Below the pieces are notes generated by a model. The model saw nothing but the letters and a program-made list of their open reading frames with translations, was not told the origin of the DNA and did not search any database. 64,000 nt of DNA, taken from Lentisphaerae bacterium GWF2_50_93 (GTDB taxonomy: Bacteria > Verrucomicrobiota > Lentisphaeria > Victivallales > GWF2-50-93). The stretch covers positions 20,553 through 84,552 of the forward strand of contig MHBI01000065.1 of NCBI GenBank assembly GCA_001804815.1. The letters run 5' to 3'. A program made the translations under genes and the position numbers. Numbering within the stretch: position 1 is the first letter of the stretch; the number at the start of each line of letters is the position of its first letter. Shown in pieces: positions 58,949 through 64,000 of this stretch.

Positions 58949-59914
58949 ATGAAATATGTTGCAGTTTTATTATTTTTCCTTCAGCTTTCAAGAATGAATG
59001 CTGAAGAGAATTCTGCCGTTCAAACGATCAGTGGAGACAAGCTGTCCGTTGAGATAATGGATCCGAACCATGCGGCCCGATACAACAGGGGAGTCCGTTT
59101 TACTCCTGTGGCTGTCGTGCTGGGAGTGAAGATGGGAGGGAAAGAATTTCTTTTCCATCCTGAAAAGCATGATGCGATAAACGATCATGGAGGTCTGGCG
59201 TCGGAATTTGATCTTTGCATCCCTGGCGGATCCGATGAGGATCTGCCTCCGGGATATCTGGAGGCGAAGGTCGGAGAGGGATTCCTGAAGATAGGAGTTG
59301 GAGTCCTGAAGAAGAAGAAAGAGAAATATTCCCTCTTCCAGACTCCGGAAGTAATCAGTCTTGCAAAGACAGATGTCCAGTGGGAGAAGGATGGGGCGAA
59401 GTTTGAGCAGACATCGCAGGAAGTGAATGGATATGGATATAAGTTGAACGCAGACGTAAAAGTGATGGAGAATAAAATTTCCGTAGAATGGAAATTGTCG
59501 AATACCGGAAGCAAGCCGTTTACGACGAAGAATTACATCCACAATTTCTTCAGGTTTGACGACAAGAATGTAGGCCCGGACTATGTCCTTTCATTCCCTT
59601 ATGATTTTAAGGCGACAGGTCTTGAAGCGGAACAGACGCAGGATGGAAGGGAGATAAAGTTTGTGAGGGAAATTCCCAAATGGGTGAACATGGTGGTTCC
59701 ATATCCTGCCGAATACAAAGGGTCGAATGTCTGCATATTGAAGAATACTGCCAATGGAATGAGCATAAATTGTGAGACATCGCTTCCGGGATTTGTGACA
59801 GCCATCCATGGCAGGCCTGGCTATGTTTCACCGGAACAGTTCATCAAGCTCAGTTTGAAGCCGGGAGAGGAAATCTCATGGATCAGGGCCTATGCCTTTG
59901 ACATCGTAAAGTGA
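58949..59914 (+). CDS. Exported hypothetical protein, galactose-mutarotase-like beta-sandwich candidate
   Basis: Signal peptide; FLKIGVGVL, L.NTG.KP...NYIHNFF, SPE.FI.L.LKPGE..SW. Confidence 0.6.
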   Translation: MKYVAVLLFFLQLSRMNAEENSAVQTISGDKLSVEIMDPNHAARYNRGVRFTPVAVVLGVKMGGKEFLFHPEKHDAINDHGGLASEFDLCIPGGSDEDLPPGYLEAKVGEGFLKIGVGVLKKKKEKYSLFQTPEVISLAKTDVQWEKDGAKFEQTSQEVNGYGYKLNADVKVMENKISVEWKLSNTGSKPFTTKNYIHNFFRFDDKNVGPDYVLSFPYDFKATGLEAEQTQDGREIKFVREIPKWVNMVVPYPAEYKGSNVCILKNTANGMSINCETSLPGFVTAIHGRPGYVSPEQFIKLSLKPGEEISWIRAYAFDIVK

Positions 59915-59954
59915 CCCTTGATAATTGCGCTTCGATGGCTATTTTTCATGTATT

Positions 59955-60752
59955 ATGAAAAAAACAATTATATCCTTTCTGTCGGGTCTCGTGGTACTTG
60001 GAACCAGCGCGCATGTCTCAGCCCAAGCTGATGCACCTGCCGCCGCCAAGACCTGGGACGCATCGCTTGAATCACTGACATTTGAGAAGGACGGCGGCAA
60101 GCTTCCGTACCGCTTCATGAAACCTGCGAAGATCGAGGATGGCAAGACCTATCCTCTCGTCATCTTCCTGCATGGCGCGGGCGAACGCGGCACAGACAAC
60201 AAGGCGCAGCTGAGACATGGAGTGAAGGATATCATAAAGCTGGCTTCCGAGAAACATCCCTTCTTCATGCTCGTCCCGCAATGCCCTAATGGAAAAAAAT
60301 GGGCCGAGGTCGACTGGGGCGCGGCCTCACACACGATGCCGGAACAGCCTTCGGTCCCCTTTACGCTGCTTTTCGAGCTTCTGGGAAAGATTGAAAAGGA
60401 GAACCAGATCGACCAGAAGCGCATCTATGTAATGGGGATTTCAATGGGCGGATTCGGAACCTGGGATGTGATATCCCGGTTCCCCGACAAGTTCGCGGCG
60501 GCAATACCAGTATGTGGCGGAGCCGATACTGCGCAGGCGCCGAAGCTGGTGAAGATGCCGATATGGGTCTTCCATGGCGGCAACGACACTACTGTGAAGA
60601 CGCAGAGGTCTCGTGACATGGTCGAGGCGATCAAGAAGGCCGGCGGAGATCCGAAATATACAGAATATCCCGGTGTCGGACATAACTCATGGACGCAGAC
60701 ATTCTCCAATCCCGAAGTGATCGAATGGCTTTTTTCACAGGCTAAGAAATGA
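59955..60752 (+). CDS. Secreted alpha/beta-hydrolase (esterase/phospholipase-like)
   Basis: YPLVIFLHGAGERG, GISMGG nucleophile elbow, FHGGND, GVGHNSW. Confidence 0.9.
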   Translation: MKKTIISFLSGLVVLGTSAHVSAQADAPAAAKTWDASLESLTFEKDGGKLPYRFMKPAKIEDGKTYPLVIFLHGAGERGTDNKAQLRHGVKDIIKLASEKHPFFMLVPQCPNGKKWAEVDWGAASHTMPEQPSVPFTLLFELLGKIEKENQIDQKRIYVMGISMGGFGTWDVISRFPDKFAAAIPVCGGADTAQAPKLVKMPIWVFHGGNDTTVKTQRSRDMVEAIKKAGGDPKYTEYPGVGHNSWTQTFSNPEVIEWLFSQAKK

Positions 60753-60781
60753 AAGGGGTAAGCTGGCCATTTTGTCTGGCA

Positions 60782-60877
60782 GGTAGGGCGGTTTTTAAAT
60801 CGCCAACTATGTGTCGGGTTAAAACCCGACATACTTTCCAGGAAAAACAGACTCACATCATCCGGTTTAACGGTTAC
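60782..60877. repeat. Family B REPIN with the GGTTAC MITE right end
   Basis: GTAGGGCGGTTTTTAAATCGCC..GTCGGGTTAAAACCCGACATACT, followed by sequence similar to 42884-42925. Confidence 0.8.
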
Positions 60878-60900
60878 AAGAAATAAAGGGAAACCATGAT

Positions 60901-61878
60901 ATGATGAACTTAAGAATTCCTGTATGTCTTTCAAGTATAGCATTAGGAGTTTCAATTATGGCTGGAGCACAGGACAAGGTTTTGGGTTCGACAGAGGTTG
61001 CCCAATGGAAGGACAATAAGAAAGCCTCTTTCCTTCTCATGTTCGACGATGGGATACCTACGCACCTCAAGAACGTGATCCCCGAACTCAAGAAACGCAA
61101 TTTCATTGGGACCTTCTACCTGAATCCTGAAGTCAAATGGTATTCAAAGGACAAGTGGGAGAAGGATGCAAAAGAAGCCGGCATGGTGTTCGGTAACCAT
61201 ACCATGACCCATGCGGGCGCTAAAAACGCAGCACAGGCGGAAGATGATATCTCAAGATGCAACGAATACATATTGAAGATGAATCCCGAGCTGAAGCAAC
61301 CCCGCCTGATTTCCTTTGCCCGCCCCGGAGGCGTCGACTGGAAGGTCACTCCTGATGAGATGAAGGCAATCTACGCCAAATACAATCTTGTTCCGAGACC
61401 GCCTTCGGACGCCCGTTTCGGAGGCATACATATCAAGAATGCGGACGGCCTGATAAAGGTGGTGGATCTGGCTGTCGAGAAAGGCGGTTCGGAGAGGCTC
61501 TTCTTCCATGGAGTCGGTGGCGACTGGCTCAGCCAGTCAACAGAGGATTTCGTAAAGATGCTTGACCGTCTGGACGCAAACCGCGAGAAGCTCTGGGTAA
61601 CTGATCCTATCTCCATGCACAAGTATGAGACGGAACGGAATGGCGCGCAGGTTAAAATTTTGGAGTCCGGAGAGAAAGGGATCAGAATTGTCCTTTCCAC
61701 TTCAGCCGATGCAAATCTCTACGATCTGCCGTTGACGCTCATCACCAAGGTTCCTGCGGCCTGGAAGAAATGCAAGATCACGCAGTCAGGTAAAACTGTG
61801 ACTGCCGAAGCCGCCAATGGCGAAGTCCAGTACGAGGCTCTTCCTGGAAAGGACGAGATACAGATCCGGACGGAATGA
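60901..61878 (+). CDS. Exported polysaccharide deacetylase (NodB/CE4-like)
   Basis: MFDDG, NHTMTH, FARPGG, FFHGV motifs; signal peptide. Confidence 0.88.
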   Translation: MMNLRIPVCLSSIALGVSIMAGAQDKVLGSTEVAQWKDNKKASFLLMFDDGIPTHLKNVIPELKKRNFIGTFYLNPEVKWYSKDKWEKDAKEAGMVFGNHTMTHAGAKNAAQAEDDISRCNEYILKMNPELKQPRLISFARPGGVDWKVTPDEMKAIYAKYNLVPRPPSDARFGGIHIKNADGLIKVVDLAVEKGGSERLFFHGVGGDWLSQSTEDFVKMLDRLDANREKLWVTDPISMHKYETERNGAQVKILESGEKGIRIVLSTSADANLYDLPLTLITKVPAAWKKCKITQSGKTVTAEAANGEVQYEALPGKDEIQIRTE

Positions 61879-61921
61879 TAAATCAGGCAGTGACATGCCG
61901 AAAGAAGGTGAAAGGACGGAA

Positions 61922-62100
61922 GAGCAGCCCTTTTTCGGGTTTATCTACGGACGCATGCAGGAAAAGGGATTTTGTTTGTAGTCAAGCCATTTTTGGCTGT
62001 GTTCTTCCAGATTCACTAAAACACGCAACAATGCGTTAACTACGAGCAAGGACAAGTTGTTTTTGAGTTTGTTCGTAGTGAAGCCCGCAAGGGCTGTTCG
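61922..62100. repeat. BIME-like cluster of four alternating family C REPs
   Basis: ..CAGCCCTTTTTCGGGTTTATCTAC; GTAGTCAAGCCATTTTTGGCTGTGTTC; AACACGCAACAATGCGTTAACTAC; GTAGTGAAGCCCGCAAGGGCTGTTC. Confidence 0.7.
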
Positions 62101-62182
62101 TGAAGGTTTTGTATTTAGCATTTTAGTACTTGTCTGGGATTTGGATTATGGAGCTTGGATTTTATTTAAAATGAGGTGACTT

Positions 62183-62944
62183 ATGAAGACGTTGAAGGAA
62201 CTTATTGCTGAAAAGAAATCCGTGTTCGGGATATTTTCGAAGACAAACGATCCGATGTTCATCGAGATAATGGGCAAGGCTGGAATTGATTTCGTGATCC
62301 TCGACTGTGAGCACGGACCGAACTCCCCAAGGGAAGTTCTTCCGCTTGTTCTTGCGGCGAAGGCTTCGGGCCTGAATGCGGTGGTCCGTGTCGGAAGCTC
62401 TTCCGTAATTGAGATCCAGAGGATGCTTGATCTTGGGATATCCGGCGTACAGGTTCCGCAGGTGCAGAATGAGGCTGATGCCAGGGGAGTCGTCAAATCT
62501 GCGAAGTTCGCACCACTCGGGGGCAGGGGGGTCTGCTGCAACGTGCGCGCCGCCGACTATTCATTGAAAAAGAGGCAGGAATATTTCAGCGGGCAGAACA
62601 GTGATGTCGCCGTGATAGTGCATATAGAGGGGAAAGAGGGGTTCGATAATTTGGACTCGATGATGGATGTCGACGGAATTGACATTTTTTTCATAGGCCC
62701 GAACGATCTCGCCCAGTCCTTGGGATGTCCGGGTGTGAGCCACAAGAAAGTGCAGGACACGGTAAATGAGATTATAGCAAAATGCCGGAAGAAAGGCAAG
62801 CATGTGGGCATCTATGCGGACAACGTCCAAAGCGCGGTGAAATACAAGGAAATGGGTGTCAGTTATGTAGCATGTTCAACCGATGTCGGCATATTCGCCA
62901 GGGGATGCTCGGAAATGGCGAAGGGATTTGGAGGCCACGGTTGA
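62183..62944 (+). CDS. HpcH/HpaI family class II pyruvate aldolase
   Basis: DFVILDCEHGP, VVRV, LDLG..GV.VP, FAPLGGRG, IEG, FIGPNDL. Confidence 0.92.
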   Translation: MKTLKELIAEKKSVFGIFSKTNDPMFIEIMGKAGIDFVILDCEHGPNSPREVLPLVLAAKASGLNAVVRVGSSSVIEIQRMLDLGISGVQVPQVQNEADARGVVKSAKFAPLGGRGVCCNVRAADYSLKKRQEYFSGQNSDVAVIVHIEGKEGFDNLDSMMDVDGIDIFFIGPNDLAQSLGCPGVSHKKVQDTVNEIIAKCRKKGKHVGIYADNVQSAVKYKEMGVSYVACSTDVGIFARGCSEMAKGFGGHG

Positions 62945-62991
62945 ACGGAAGCCGAAATTAGAGTAAAAAACAATTAGGAAAACCTGCAGGA

Positions 62992-63867
62992 TCAAGTTGG
63001 ACATATATTTATTTTGAGATAAAGGGAACGGAATTTCTTTGGTGACAGGCCGGTCTGCCTTTTAAACTGCCTCGAGAAGTAATTACTGTCGGAGAATCCC
63101 GACCTGTATGCCACCTCTGAAACTGTCGCGTCTGGGGCTACAAGAAGTTCAGATGCTTTTTGGATTTTGAATTTCTGTGCGTAAAGTCCGGGAGTTGATC
63201 CGGTAGCCCTCTTGAAAGTCCTTATCAGGGTGCATGGCGACATGTTGAATTTCTTTGCGATGGCATTAAGGCTGAATCTTTCCAGGTATGTTGATTCAAT
63301 ATGGTTGACAATACGTCCTATGTTGAAGAGCGCCCTGGTGTCAGGATTAAGATTAGTCTCATAGCTTCGCGATATGAACCCAATCAACTGCATCAGGTAT
63401 GATACAGCCATGAAAATTCTTCCCGGCCTGACGGACCACAGTTCTGACTTGATGTTATTAACAAGTTTTTCAGCGAAGGAAAGATCGGCAATATTCAGAT
63501 TCAGCCTGCCGTTGAACCTGCCACTGTTGCGCAGGTCCGGTTCAAGTTCAAATATGGCCTTGTATCCGGGGAGCTCTCCGATGTCATTCAGGGGTATTCC
63601 AATCTTCCTCGGGAAATACATTATGTTTGCGAGTTTAAGATTTACCGGATTGCTGTATCCGTGGACGTATCCGGGCTTTATATAAAATATATCCCCTGCC
63701 TTTATAGAGTAGTTAAGATTTGCGGTGCAGTGTGTACCGCTTCCGCGCAAAACCACGACAAGTTCGCTAAAATCGTGCTTGTGAAGTTCTATAGGAGACT
63801 GTACGAGTGTGATTATCTTTATAGGAAATTCACCCTCTTCAAAAGATTTCAGATTCTTTATTTTCAT
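62992..63867 (-). CDS. AraC family regulator (RhaS/RhaR-like)
   Basis: N-terminal cupin HKHDFSELVVV..G.GTH; C-terminal VAYRSGFSDSNYFSRQFK. Confidence 0.92.
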   Translation of the reverse strand: MKIKNLKSFEEGEFPIKIITLVQSPIELHKHDFSELVVVLRGSGTHCTANLNYSIKAGDIFYIKPGYVHGYSNPVNLKLANIMYFPRKIGIPLNDIGELPGYKAIFELEPDLRNSGRFNGRLNLNIADLSFAEKLVNNIKSELWSVRPGRIFMAVSYLMQLIGFISRSYETNLNPDTRALFNIGRIVNHIESTYLERFSLNAIAKKFNMSPCTLIRTFKRATGSTPGLYAQKFKIQKASELLVAPDATVSEVAYRSGFSDSNYFSRQFKRQTGLSPKKFRSLYLKINICPT

Positions 63868-64000
63868 AGTGTCACGTCCAGCTTGTTACCCTGAATATTG
63901 CTGGAAGGGATATGGATTTCAAGGAAATATGATAATATAGTCCATGTTTTTGCCGATTTAATCAAGGAATATAGAGGGTTGCTGTTATATAATAGAGATA

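Noticed and set aside
61922-62100. CRISPR or integron attC array
   Set aside because: Units alternate in orientation, vary in sequence and have GTAG feet; there is no integrase or cas gene.

Overview
Bacterial chromosomal window, probably from the PVC superphylum (Lentisphaeria/Victivallales-like). This is inferred from the PVC-type prepilin H-X9-DG genes, a DUF4838-like protein and PVC-type hypotheticals. The left ~34 kb is mostly housekeeping: gap, pgk, tpiA, secG; an FMN-riboswitch-led ribBA-ribH-nusB-ftsY-(C39-like peptidase)-ribD run; a MalK-type ATPase; and a pabB-pabC fusion. It also holds two paralogous Zn-ribbon Ser/Thr kinases and a tightly coupled operon of three SPFH (HflK/HflC-like) genes plus a P1B heavy-metal ATPase, with no ftsH. 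At 34-35 kb a RAYT/Y1 HUH transposase is bracketed by long imperfect terminal inverted repeats. The right ~29 kb is a carbohydrate-catabolic accessory region: IclR, GntR-LacI and AraC regulators, beta-helix and CBM proteins, an esterase, a deacetylase, an aldolase and two pilin-like genes. Intergenic DNA is densely populated by several REP/REPIN and MITE-like families, some nested and some supplying stop codons. Best candidates for something new: (1) the SPFH-trio/P1B-ATPase operon; (2) an in-frame structured insertion between duplicated FTLIEL motifs of a prepilin gene; (3) the regulator-pilin-pilin-CAZyme cassette; (4) the TIR-bounded RAYT element. No tRNA, rRNA or CRISPR array was seen. All calls are from motif recognition by eye; no searches were run.
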